DNA of 64,000 nucleotides from a virus. Its lineage: Duplodnaviria > Caudoviricetes. Positions 47,780 to 56,127 of the stretch are shown piece by piece; position 1 is the stretch's first letter; the number at the start of each line of letters is the position of its first letter. Where the stretch lies: positions 950 through 64,949 of IMG/VR virus record IMGVR_UViG_3300037863_000105; one strand, given 5' to 3'. Position numbers and translations under genes: made by a program. The notes below the pieces were generated by a model. That model was not told the origin of the DNA and did not search any database. It worked only from the letters and a program-made list of their open reading frames with translations.

Positions 47780-47929
47780 TTATATATAGTACAGCATTTC
47801 GAAGGTGATGTACGGAAGAGATTATGTATTGTACGAAGTGTACGAATTTATGAACCTTTACGTTAAAATGCTTTTGACCTGTGAGACGGCAGTCGTATAT
47901 TTTCAGACTTCTTGAAATCGTTTCCAGAT

Positions 47930-48360
47930 TATTTTTTGGACTATCCAGCCAGACTCTTTAGATAATAAATCTTTTATTATTTTAATTATTTATTTATTTG
48001 CAAAGTACTTTTATTTTTTTTTTATTATTTATTTATTTATAAAATAAAAAATAATAATAAAAACAAATGATGATGTGTTGTCTTGTACTAATAATGTTTA
48101 TACTAATAAAATTATTATGATGACTAGTCTTGTCATTGTGTTGTTGTCTTGTGACTAGTTGTGTAGATGTGTACTAGTCATGTCTTGCATGTGATGACTA
48201 CTAGGTACTAGGTACTTATGCCTAGTGACTAGTCATGTTGCCTAGTTGTACTTGTAGGTTGCACTCTCATGTTTAGAGTACAAGTACAAACAACTAACAA
48301 CACGCTGAGGCATAGGCTTGCAAATGTCAGGGAGATGTGCTTAGATAGTTACTAGTACAT
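47930..48360. other. AT-rich, repeat-rich non-coding region at the transcription divergence point (origin or packaging-site candidate)
   Basis: Almost pure A/T at about 47970-48065; five ACTAGT (48123, 48154, 48173, 48228, 48351) plus further CTAG. Confidence 0.55.
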
Positions 48361-48395
48361 AGCACTACCAAACAAATGACGAAGGGATAGACCAA

Positions 48396-48770
48396 ATGAC
48401 AAAGGCAATAAAGATAACAACAACAGGCGAGGTCACAGAGTTAGACCTAGCAAGTGACGGTCTTCAAGTACTACAGACTTCTGTAGGTGGTTGGGTGCAG
48501 GCAATAGACTTAGCCTCAGACCTAACCATGTGGTGCAACGAAGAGGGCAAACTTCATGGGCTACCTCATAACCCGCATGCACAGTTTATGTGGGACAAAA
48601 CCTATGGCGCACAGACTGACTACATTGTTGGGGACATAGTTCTCACAGGTGGCACAGGTGCAGATGGTGAGACCCTAGGGCTTACCGCAGAGCAGGTCGG
48701 CATTATCCAAGCAATAGTCACCAAGGTTAATGGCTACACCCAGGCAAAAGCCGAGGTCATAGCCTCCTAA
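48396..48770 (+). CDS. DUF3846-like protein
   Basis: LQTSVGGWVQ...MWCNEEGKL..LP.N...IVGDIVLTG. Confidence 0.75.
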   Translation: MTKAIKITTTGEVTELDLASDGLQVLQTSVGGWVQAIDLASDLTMWCNEEGKLHGLPHNPHAQFMWDKTYGAQTDYIVGDIVLTGGTGADGETLGLTAEQVGIIQAIVTKVNGYTQAKAEVIAS

Positions 48771-48778
48771 GATTGACA

Positions 48779-48812
48779 ACGAAGAGCCCTCCGCAAGGGG
48801 GGCTTTTTCGTT
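48779..48812 (+). terminator. intrinsic terminator
   Basis: GAGCCCTCC-GCAA-GGGGGGCTTTTT. Confidence 0.8.
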
Positions 48813-48835
48813 ATCTAACCGTTATCAAAATCAAC

Positions 48836-48864
48836 TTGACAAAGTGCAGGAAGGTTAGTATCTT
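48836..48864 (+). promoter_or_regulatory. SigA-type promoter
   Basis: TTGACA-17 nt-TATCTT; spacer AAGTGCAGGAAGGTT. Confidence 0.75.
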
Positions 48865-48909
48865 TATTACATAGGCAGAAAGCCTAGACAAACGACGAAG
48901 GAGAAACAA

Positions 48910-49128
48910 ATGTCATACGGAATAAAAATCACCGCACTAGGTACTACCTACTATTTCGTAGTAGATAGCCTAGACAAAGCCCGTGAATTGTATGAAGGTT
49001 CTCACAGCATTACTTTTTTTCAGATTACTGAAGAGATTCATGTATTTGGAGCACCAACTATCTTCCGCATCATGTCAGACCGTGAGGTAGCAGACGCTAT
49101 CTTCTCAGCAGGGTACGCAACAGTCTAA
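48910..49128 (+). CDS. hypothetical protein
   Basis: Own promoter, AAACGACGAAGGAG leader and terminator. Confidence 0.7.
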   Translation: MSYGIKITALGTTYYFVVDSLDKARELYEGSHSITFFQITEEIHVFGAPTIFRIMSDREVADAIFSAGYATV

Positions 49129-49147
49129 GACAATAAGTGCAAGAGAT

Positions 49148-49176
49148 AGCCTCCCGAAAGGGGGGCTTTTTCTTTT
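49148..49176 (+). terminator. intrinsic terminator
   Basis: AGCCTCCC-GAAA-GGGGGGCTTTTTCTTTT. Confidence 0.8.
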
Positions 49177-49200
49177 CTATGACACGCCGCATGCAAATAG

Positions 49201-49234
49201 ACTTGACAAAGTGCAGGAAGGTTGGAATACTTAT
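49201..49234 (+). promoter_or_regulatory. SigA-type promoter, copy 1 of a 34-bp direct repeat
   Basis: ACTTGACAAAGTGCAGGAAGGTTGGAATACTTAT, identical at 49481-49514. Confidence 0.8.
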
Positions 49235-49265
49235 CTCATAAGCGCAAACGACGAAGGGGTAGAAA

Positions 49266-49454
49266 ATGATTGACCTAGTACAAGACCTAATGGGCGTAAG
49301 ACTTAGTAAGCGAGGTCGGTATGTTATCGGCACTATGTTGTTCATAGTTTCGCTAGTAGTTATTGGCTTCCTCAACAACGCAACAACTCCAGAGGATTGC
49401 AAAGTTCCAACAGAGCAGATGTCTCAATGGTGCTTAGACTTGCTATACCCGTAA
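49266..49454 (+). CDS. small membrane protein
   Basis: One TM helix; C-terminal C...C pair. Confidence 0.65.
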   Translation: MIDLVQDLMGVRLSKRGRYVIGTMLFIVSLVVIGFLNNATTPEDCKVPTEQMSQWCLDLLYP

Positions 49455-49480
49455 AGACTTTAGACACGCCGTATCTTGCT

Positions 49481-49514
49481 ACTTGACAAAGTGCAGGAAG
49501 GTTGGAATACTTAT
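49481..49514 (+). promoter_or_regulatory. SigA-type promoter, copy 2 of the 34-bp direct repeat
   Basis: Identical to 49201-49234; GACACGCCG 11 bp upstream of -35. Confidence 0.8.
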
Positions 49515-49540
49515 AACAACGACGAGGAAAGGTAAGACAA

Positions 49541-49801
49541 ATGAGCAACTACCCAGCAGGCGTGACAGGTAACGAGTACCAGATTGCAGGCGCAGACGCA
49601 GAATACACAGGCGAGCGCATTGTCCGTTGTGGCAACGACGAGTGCGTAAAGTTTGACATTGAATTAGATGAGCAGGTAGACATTGAGAGTTACCGCACAG
49701 AGGAATGGTGGTCTTGGACTTGCCCAGAATGCAATAGCAAGAATGACTTCGACGGAGATGTACGCGAGTTCGAGGAAGAGTACGAGCCAGACTTCGACTA
49801 G
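49541..49801 (+). CDS. small acidic Zn-ribbon-like protein
   Basis: CGNDEC and CPEC. Confidence 0.7.
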   Translation: MSNYPAGVTGNEYQIAGADAEYTGERIVRCGNDECVKFDIELDEQVDIESYRTEEWWSWTCPECNSKNDFDGDVREFEEEYEPDFD

Positions 49802-49813
49802 AAACAAACAAAG

Positions 49814-49843
49814 AAACCCTCACAAAAATGTGGGGGTTTTTTT
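49814..49843 (+). terminator. intrinsic terminator at the convergence point
   Basis: AAACCCTCAC-AAAAAT-GTGGGGGTTTTTTT. Confidence 0.75.
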
Positions 49844-49905
49844 CTGCCGTTAAACGGAGAAGACTCCAAGGTAAAAAATACCCCAGAGCCTTCTCATCTG
49901 CAGGT

Positions 49906-50250
49906 CTAGTTCCCTGAAGACGCAGCCTTCTTGGCTGAGTTTTTCTTATCTACCGCATTGAAGACATCATTGATTTCTTCGCTGGTCAGTTTCCCGTCCT
50001 GCAGATAAGCGCGACTTAGTCCCTCAACTACAGTCGCTACTCCTCCAATGCCTGCCATCAAAATGGCCTGTCCTAGCCCAACGCCAGCGATTGCGCCAGC
50101 ACCAACTACAGACAGACCAGATGCTGCAAACACCGCAACAACTCTTCCGAGTACCATTACGGTCTTTCCTTTTTTGATTACCATAAGTGCCGTCCTTCCA
50201 TGGTCACACTTAGGCGTTGTGCAAGGACGCAACAACGCCCAGCACCTCAA
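49906..50250 (-). CDS. membrane protein, possible holin (true start probably about 50183)
   Basis: Gly/Ala-rich hydrophobic segments, charged C-terminus; downstream of cell-wall enzyme genes. Confidence 0.45.
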   Translation of the reverse strand: MRCWALLRPCTTPKCDHGRTALMVIKKGKTVMVLGRVVAVFAASGLSVVGAGAIAGVGLGQAILMAGIGGVATVVEGLSRAYLQDGKLTSEEINDVFNAVDKKNSAKKAASSGN

Positions 50251-50285
50251 TGATAGAGGAGGTACTGGGCGTTGATTGTTAAAGG

Positions 50286-50711
50286 TTAAGCGACTACTTC
50301 AACCGCAGTCCCATCAAACAGCGCAACTATGACTGCTTCATCAATACAACTATCTGCTTTTAATTTAGAGTCGCTATAAAAGTCACAGAGAGCATCAAAC
50401 GTTGAGTCACCAAAGGTTCCTCGATTGTCATTCCCTGCTTCAGAGTATCCAAGTTCAACAAGTCGAGTCTGAACAGAGGTAACAGACCGCGAGTTCTTGA
50501 CATGAGTATTCCGCTTCAACGCTGAGAGTTGAACAAAGATTCCATCACCTGCGAGTTTTTTACCTCCAGGAACAGTATCTGCTTTGACTTCAGCTGCAGC
50601 TTCCTTCTTCTCAACAACTTTTGCTACTGGCTCAACAACTACCGCAGGGGTAGTCTTTGGTTCTACGGCGAGCGCAATTGGCTCAGCCTTTAATTCTTTA
50701 TTCTCTTCCAC
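50286..50711 (-). CDS. protein with peptidoglycan-binding-like domain
   Basis: SVTSVQTRLVELGY....GTFGDSTFDAL; start reset to GTG 50711 after the transglycosylase stop. Confidence 0.55.
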   Translation of the reverse strand: MEENKELKAEPIALAVEPKTTPAVVVEPVAKVVEKKEAAAEVKADTVPGGKKLAGDGIFVQLSALKRNTHVKNSRSVTSVQTRLVELGYSEAGNDNRGTFGDSTFDALCDFYSDSKLKADSCIDEAVIVALFDGTAVEVVA

Positions 50712-50718
50712 GAGATAC

Positions 50719-51318
50719 CTACTTTCCGTCAGGGTACTGGGCAATCCACTTATAGAAGTTACCAGCCTTGCCACCATTATAGGCGTTGGAGCCAATGCCC
50801 CATGAGCCCCAATCTTCTCCGCCATTGGACATGTGATAAGCAATCTCCGCATTAAGCACAGGGTTGTGCAGGTCAGAGTTCTGCTTCAAATCAAACTTGC
50901 CACGACGGTCTTCTCCAAGACTGCCAATCATGTTTATTTGGAACAGTCCGTATGAGTTATCTCCTGTGTTGGCATTGCCATTGTAAGATGTTGGGCGTCC
51001 TGTGGACTCCTTCATCACTACAGCCCATGCTTCCTTCAAGTTATTACCCTTAAAACCAACCAGGGTTAGTAGTTCTTTTAGTTCCAGGGGACTGAGTTGT
51101 TCTCTTGTCTTAGCAAAATACTCTCGACGATTCTCTTTTTTTACCTCGACAACAGCAGCCAGGGTTTTAGTTTCTTTTGCCGCAGCCTCGACCGCAGCAT
51201 CCTTATTCGCTTCTGTTGTTGCCACAGCCTGTGCAGCAGTAATTGTCATTGTTGTTGCTAGCAAAGCAATGGAGATTCCAAACACCAATGCTTCTGAATT
51301 GAAATTGATTTTCTTCAC
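50719..51318 (-). CDS. secreted lytic transglycosylase / lysozyme-like protein
   Basis: Signal-like N-terminus; AVVMKESTG catalytic Glu, SYGLFQIN, NPVLNAEIAY, GGEDWGSW. Confidence 0.85.
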   Translation of the reverse strand: MKKINFNSEALVFGISIALLATTMTITAAQAVATTEANKDAAVEAAAKETKTLAAVVEVKKENRREYFAKTREQLSPLELKELLTLVGFKGNNLKEAWAVVMKESTGRPTSYNGNANTGDNSYGLFQINMIGSLGEDRRGKFDLKQNSDLHNPVLNAEIAYHMSNGGEDWGSWGIGSNAYNGGKAGNFYKWIAQYPDGK

Positions 51319-51330
51319 TCGGTACTCCTT

Positions 51331-51433
51331 TGATAGGGGTCAGGGACTGGTTGCTGTATCACGCAACCATTAGGGCTACCGAAAGCCCAGATGTCATGCT
51401 GTCTAATGCGTCGCTCATGTATAAACCCTATCA
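51331..51433 (-). ncRNA. candidate structured 5' leader of the transglycosylase gene
   Basis: Outer stem TGATAGGG/CCCTATCA enclosing GGGCT/AGCCC and TGGTTGC/GCAACCA hairpins; closes next to SD AAGGAG. Confidence 0.45.
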
Positions 51434-51442
51434 GAGGGTAAT

Positions 51443-51480
51443 AAAGCCCCCCAGACCACTTAAGCGTGGCTTGAGGGGCT
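51443..51480 (-). terminator. intrinsic terminator
   Basis: AGCCCCTCAAGCCAC...GTGGTCTGGGGGGCTTT. Confidence 0.65.
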
Positions 51481-51492
51481 CTATTTTGTTAC

Positions 51493-52098
51493 TTATCTCA
51501 CAAAGCCAAACGCTCTTCGGCAGTCTGGACCCAGCATTAACTCCCGCGAGCGCGGGTCTGTCAATTCTGCACCACACTTGCCACAGCACTTGTAATGTTC
51601 AGCAAACAACCTTGCGTACTTGTAAGGCTCCTTCTGGATTATCCGTATAAACGCGAGGGCGTCCTCCACAGCAGGTCGTACACGAGTGAACGCTCCAACT
51701 GAACCAAACAACATGTTCATCTGCAGACGCTTCAGGTATTCCTTGGTCTCAAGGAACACTAGGTCTCCGTGCACAGGCTTCTTCATAAAGTCAAGCATCA
51801 ACTCCGAAACAGGGATTGCATACTTGCTTCTAGGGATTGTCTGAAGTGCCTCATTTAGTTCCGCAAATAGACGCTGACGAGCCTCAACCTCAGGTGATAG
51901 TCCAACTACGATTTTTGCCACCTCGGCATCGGGGAATCCCAAGAACATTGAGATGTATCCAGATGCCTGCTTCTTTGAAATAGTTGCCTTCTGCTCCATG
52001 AAGACATTGAGGATTACCTCAGGGATTGCCTTCTGAACCATTAGGTCGTCAAGAAATTTTACCTGTCTATCTGATGCAACTTCTAGTACTTGTGTCAT
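51493..52098 (-). CDS. DUF6011-like protein
   Basis: C-terminal CCGKCGAELTDPRSRELMLGPDC. Confidence 0.7.
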   Translation of the reverse strand: MTQVLEVASDRQVKFLDDLMVQKAIPEVILNVFMEQKATISKKQASGYISMFLGFPDAEVAKIVVGLSPEVEARQRLFAELNEALQTIPRSKYAIPVSELMLDFMKKPVHGDLVFLETKEYLKRLQMNMLFGSVGAFTRVRPAVEDALAFIRIIQKEPYKYARLFAEHYKCCGKCGAELTDPRSRELMLGPDCRRAFGFVR

Positions 52099-52159
52099 TT
52101 TTCGTCCTTCCGTACGATGTAATATATAACCTACCTAACTTTTGCAGGGAAGTCAAGTC

Positions 52160-52309
52160 CTACTTCTCTCTTGATGCCAATAAAGCAGATGCAATCGAAA
52201 CTAAGCCATAAGCCAAGACATAATCAGAGTTCCCCATCACCGCAGAGATAATTGAACAACCTGCAGCGACCACAGAGAAAATTGCAGTCCAAACTATGCC
52301 CTTACGCAT
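52160..52309 (-). CDS. small two-helix membrane protein
   Basis: ATG 52309 (MRKGIVWTAIF) overlapping the HTH gene stop. Confidence 0.55.
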   Translation of the reverse strand: MRKGIVWTAIFSVVAAGCSIISAVMGNSDYVLAYGLVSIASALLASREK

Positions 52310-52505
52310 TTTCAACAGTCCTTTGCCTATCTGGACGAGTCCTACCAACCAATCTTGCACTTGGGTCACGAAGTTGTACTCCTTTCGAGTTAATTGCCTT
52401 CCTTGCTGTTCTGTATGCCACGCCAAGTTCAGATGCAATCGTTTCGATTGCCTTACCTTCCGTGTACATCTCCGCAGCTCTTTCAGCGATGTTATTGCTC
52501 TTCAC
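52302..52505 (-). CDS. small HTH DNA-binding protein
   Basis: MYTEGKAIETIASELGVAYRTARKAI. Confidence 0.75.
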   Translation of the reverse strand: MKSNNIAERAAEMYTEGKAIETIASELGVAYRTARKAINSKGVQLRDPSARLVGRTRPDRQRTVENA

Positions 52506-52518
52506 TATTTTTTACCTC

Positions 52519-52674
52519 TCATTGTTGTGTTGATACTAACTCTCGGTTAGCCATTGCGATTGCATTGGCGCATGTGTAGCACCACCTTTCAGTAGGTATG
52601 CCTAGAACAAAAGCATCTACTCCTGAATAAACCAGTTCCGTACTTTCACAAACGGGATTAGCGCACTTCTTCAT
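52519..52674 (-). CDS. 51-aa Zn-finger-like protein (below ORF-track cutoff)
   Basis: Translated by hand: MKKCANPVCESTELVYSGVDAFVLGIPTERWCYTCANAIAMANRELVSTQQ; SD GGAGG. Confidence 0.65.
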   Translation of the reverse strand: MKKCANPVCESTELVYSGVDAFVLGIPTERWCYTCANAIAMANRELVSTQQ

Positions 52675-52676
52675 GA

Positions 52677-52874
52677 TTACCTTCCTCCAAATTCGTTAGC
52701 AAAACACTCTGTCATAGTTCCCCAGCAATATCCTTGACCTTGCACATACCAGATGTGCGTAATCAGTTCATACAAACCAAGTACCGCAACTGCTGCGAGA
52801 GCGATAGCGATTACAAAAGCCACTCGGCGTCTGTTGATGTACTTCTTATCCATAAGCATTGTGTATGTAGCCAT
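52677..52874 (-). CDS. small membrane protein
   Basis: Start reset to ATG 52874 after promoter and AACGACGAAGGAG leader. Confidence 0.65.
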   Translation of the reverse strand: MATYTMLMDKKYINRRRVAFVIAIALAAVAVLGLYELITHIWYVQGQGYCWGTMTECFANEFGGR

Positions 52875-52914
52875 TTCTTTGTCTCCTTCGTCGTTGGGTG
52901 TTGCTCTTGTATAA

Positions 52915-52943
52915 AGTATTGCAACCTTCCTGACATTTGTCAA
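52915..52943 (-). promoter_or_regulatory. SigA-type promoter
   Basis: TTGACA-AATGTCAGGAAGGTTGC-AATACT. Confidence 0.7.
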
Positions 52944-52946
52944 GTA

Positions 52947-53579
52947 TTACTTTGTTGGGCGTGTCGTCCCGTATGAGTTGCCTTGCCAAACCTTTGGGTC
53001 TTGTTCAACTAAGAACCTCTCAAAGGATTTGTTACATAGTGCCCATTGACTTCGCTTCTCACGGATTAGGTTGATTGCTTCTCTTGCGTCCATACCGTCT
53101 CTAATGAGAACCAAGGCTGTGATTAGCCCTGAACGGTTCCAACCAGCCTGACAGCGAACAAGAACCTTCTTGCCACGCTTCCAGTGGGTATGAGCCACTC
53201 TGACTATGTCAAACAACTCTTCGGTATCCATTTTGTTAATGTCTGAGTCCCATACCCCGTATCTGAATTCCTTTACAAACCAGTCCACAGGGTTAGCAAA
53301 CGCATACATAGTTATTACTGTATTAAAGTGCTCTGGGTTAATCATTGGTTTGCGCAACTGTATGTTCGTGTCATTATCATCTGTGCCACCTTGCCACAAA
53401 CCTTCAAGTACCTCTGACCATAGGGGCTCACGCACTTGACTCTGACCATTGTCAGGTCTGGCGAGTTCATCTAAGTTAAAGATTTCTTCGTCTTCTTTAA
53501 TTACTTCTTCCCAAACGGTTTGGGCTTCGGCAACCTCTAGTTCTTGCCACTCTTTGTCTGTCATTTTATGACTCATCAT
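52947..53579 (-). CDS. dual-specificity (CX5R) protein phosphatase
   Basis: VLVRCQAGWNRSGL P-loop; GLWQGG N-terminal motif. Confidence 0.85.
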   Translation of the reverse strand: MMSHKMTDKEWQELEVAEAQTVWEEVIKEDEEIFNLDELARPDNGQSQVREPLWSEVLEGLWQGGTDDNDTNIQLRKPMINPEHFNTVITMYAFANPVDWFVKEFRYGVWDSDINKMDTEELFDIVRVAHTHWKRGKKVLVRCQAGWNRSGLITALVLIRDGMDAREAINLIREKRSQWALCNKSFERFLVEQDPKVWQGNSYGTTRPTK

Positions 53580-53604
53580 TTTTTTTCCTTTCGTCATTGC
53601 TTCT

Positions 53605-53634
53605 ATTATTGCATACCTTCCTGCATTTTGTCAA
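53605..53634 (-). promoter_or_regulatory. SigA-type promoter
   Basis: TTGACA-AAATGCAGGAAGGTATGC-AATAAT. Confidence 0.7.
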
Positions 53635-53641
53635 ATTGGAA

Positions 53642-53842
53642 TTATTGCTGATAGTAGCCATTTTTCTTATAGAACTTGGCACGACTATTTCTTGCCTCAT
53701 TACGAGCAAAGACAATCTTCACCGCATTGACAACTGCAAATAAATCTTCCCAGCCAACCTCAGTACCTTTTCTACGACCACCCTTATGCCCTTTAAGACG
53801 CTTGGCTGTTCCTAGAATTGCACTATCTGGTAATCCATACAT
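53642..53842 (-). CDS. small basic hypothetical protein
   Basis: Own promoter (TTGACA 53897-53892) and AACGACGAAAGGA leader. Confidence 0.65.
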   Translation of the reverse strand: MYGLPDSAILGTAKRLKGHKGGRRKGTEVGWEDLFAVVNAVKIVFARNEARNSRAKFYKKNGYYQQ

Positions 53843-53952
53843 TGTGTGTCCTTTCGTCGTTAAAGAAACAATAACATAAAGTGCAGGAAAATGTCAAGTC
53901 TGTTTGAGAAAGTTATTTGGAAGTTGCGAGGGGTAGCCCTCAGTATTAAAAA

Positions 53953-54516
53953 CTAACCAGACTGACTAAGAACATAAACAGGCTCTCCAGTCGAAGGGTC
54001 AAGACGAGCAGCAAGTATCACCGCGCTCTTAACACTGCTGCGTGCTGTGCTGATTGTGCGTTTTTTACCTTCCAGGGAAGTGTGCATAGACCCCAGGGCA
54101 TACTCTGCTCCAGAACCAACGGCATAAATGCCTGACTCATCAAGACACCAGTCGTAGGCATTTCCAATTTCATAGATGCGTCCGTGAACAATTACCAACA
54201 CAGAGGAGTCCTGTTCACCCTTTTCCCCGTATTGAGCATCATCAAAACATTGTTTGAGCGCAGGTATGAACTTGGAGGAGATGAACTTATCTAACTTCAC
54301 CCCAATGTCTGTAGATGCAGGAGCAGGAGGCTTAAAGATGTGAGCAAGTAAATTGACCGCACGCATGTCCCCTGCAGCACCAAAGATGTACTGCCCATTT
54401 TTTACCACCTTGCCAGCGTCTTTCGGCAGCACAAAGATGCGATTGTCTTCAGTTACTCGACTGTCATAGCCAATAACTGCCCAACCTTCGCCCTGGATAG
54501 CTGCCAACGTTGTCAA
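53953..54516 (-). CDS. proteasome-beta/HslV-like N-terminal-threonine peptidase
   Basis: After Met removal: Thr1, Asp17-Ser-Arg19, Lys35, GAAG, GSG, late Asp (RLDPSTG). Confidence 0.8.
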   Translation of the reverse strand: MTTLAAIQGEGWAVIGYDSRVTEDNRIFVLPKDAGKVVKNGQYIFGAAGDMRAVNLLAHIFKPPAPASTDIGVKLDKFISSKFIPALKQCFDDAQYGEKGEQDSSVLVIVHGRIYEIGNAYDWCLDESGIYAVGSGAEYALGSMHTSLEGKKRTISTARSSVKSAVILAARLDPSTGEPVYVLSQSG

Positions 54517-54574
54517 GTTATTCTCTTCTCCCTGGAGCTGCGGCGACCGCAGCGTGCGTATTTTTTACCTCGAA

Positions 54575-54826
54575 CTACTCTTCCCAGAGAATTTGTCTGA
54601 GTTCTTCTTCATGTCTATCGGCATGGTGATGTGCATTGTGCTTTGCTGAAATGTCTTCCTCTTCAATAATTCTGTCCAAAGAAAGAACTGCAACGCAGCC
54701 TTCCTCCTCAAACATCACAACAAGTTTTGCTTCCCCGTCATTTGGGTCGTCAATAATTGCTACAACAAAGGAAGATGCTGCCCCGTTGGTGTGGAAGGAT
54801 TTGTCTACAATGCTTGGTTTCAACAT
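54575..54826 (-). CDS. hypothetical protein
   Basis: Likely start MLKPSIVDK; upstream part of the track ORF runs through a terminator. Confidence 0.5.
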   Translation of the reverse strand: MLKPSIVDKSFHTNGAASSFVVAIIDDPNDGEAKLVVMFEEEGCVAVLSLDRIIEEEDISAKHNAHHHADRHEEELRQILWEE

Positions 54827-55059
54827 AATGCAACTGTACGACATTTTAGAGAGGCTGACTTGACAAAAAGAAACCCCTCCGAAGAGGGGCAATCTATAAT
54901 AAACCTTACTTGTACACCTATCCCCCGCAGGGAGACGGAAGATAGATGCGGTGGGAGGTAGACCCCGCCTCAACACAACGAGCGAGACGTTATCTCAAGC
55001 TTGCCGTGGAACTCTAGGATAAATGATTTTTTACCTATTGATTCCCGCAGCGAGCGCGA

Positions 55060-55293
55060 TTACTCCTCTTCGTCCTCATCAACGATACCAATTTCATTTG
55101 ATACTTCCGCAACGTTCCAGCCGTAGTGTTCCTCCAGCAAGACTCCAGCAATCCGTATTGCCATGTCTTCGTCATCTTCGTCTTCGTTGCGCAGGGACTC
55201 GTCCAACACAACTGTTGTCATCATGCTGAAGTAGTCACCTACAAAAAGAACCGTCTTTGTTAGCATTATGCTGTCTAAATCTGGTAGCGACAT
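55060..55293 (-). CDS. hypothetical acidic protein
   Basis: Coupled small-gene operon. Confidence 0.6.
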   Translation of the reverse strand: MSLPDLDSIMLTKTVLFVGDYFSMMTTVVLDESLRNEDEDDEDMAIRIAGVLLEEHYGWNVAEVSNEIGIVDEDEEE

Positions 55294-55514
55294 TATTTTA
55301 CCTCTCGTTGTGCTTCACTAATGAAACGGCAGACAGTATCTCCAAAGTCGTTGTCAATACTCTCAAAGTCATCTAGAACCTTCTCAAAGATTTCATCAAC
55401 CTTAGTTTTGTCGTCTACATAGACTTCAACCCACTCTTTGTCCCAGTATGACACCAAGAGTTCATCTTCTGGCTTGTAATGCTCTAACTGTTTGATTAAA
55501 TCTGCTACCCGCAT
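55293..55514 (-). CDS. hypothetical acidic protein
   Basis: MRVADLIKQL start; coupled. Confidence 0.6.
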   Translation of the reverse strand: MRVADLIKQLEHYKPEDELLVSYWDKEWVEVYVDDKTKVDEIFEKVLDDFESIDNDFGDTVCRFISEAQREVK

Positions 55515-55516
55515 GA

Positions 55517-55770
55517 TTAGTCGTCCTTCCCTTCTAGGTATTGCGCTATGTCTTCCTGACTAATGCCTTGTGCCTTGTGCAACTTCAACCACACATCTCC
55601 CGTAGTCGCATACATCTCCATGATAGTAAACAACTTCTCCATGCTGTAATCCTTGTGGTTGCGGTGCTTCTCTAACAACTTTGCGATTGTCTGCATTGTT
55701 GCGCTAACTCCCTCAGTAATGAGTGCAAGTTCTGTTTCATTTACTTCTAAAGTAATCGTGTTCTCGTTCA
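55517..55770 (-). CDS. hypothetical protein
   Basis: GGAGGTAAAAATG start; upstream TTGCGT-17 nt-TACAAT. Confidence 0.6.
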
Positions 55771-55840
55771 TTTTTACCTCCATGTCGTCGTTTGTTTGTT
55801 GCTGTTTCTATTGTAGAACTTCTATGCATTTTACGCAAGT

Positions 55841-56058
55841 CTATTCTTGTTCGCTTTCGCAATCGTCACACGCACACCGTAAGACGACCCAATCTCCACC
55901 GTCAAAGTCTTCTCCTATTTGGCGTGCTTCTTCTTTGGTTAGCCAATAAAAGATTTTGTCATCTTCAGGTCTATCTGTGGCGTCTTCGCCTTCTTCTAGA
56001 ACTCCGAACTCTCGGACTCCTTCAGTCTTATCGTCATCGAACTGAATTAGAAACCTCA
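55841..56058 (-). CDS. hypothetical acidic protein
   Basis: AAAGGTAAAAATG start (MRFLIQF); C-terminal CACDDC. Confidence 0.55.
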
Positions 56059-56127
56059 TTTTTACCTTTCTATGGATTAGAGAAACCCCCCGCACTCGGG
56101 GGAGAGTACGAGGGGCTTCGGTCTGAA

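Noticed and set aside
48834-49514. 34-bp direct repeats as a CRISPR mini-array
   Set aside because: Repeats are -35/-10 promoters separated by whole genes, not 30-40 nt spacers.
51319-51440. c-di-AMP (ydaO) riboswitch
   Set aside because: Hallmark GCYGAA...GGGGUGAA...CCCGWCAGCUAAC segments are not found; kept only as an unknown structure.
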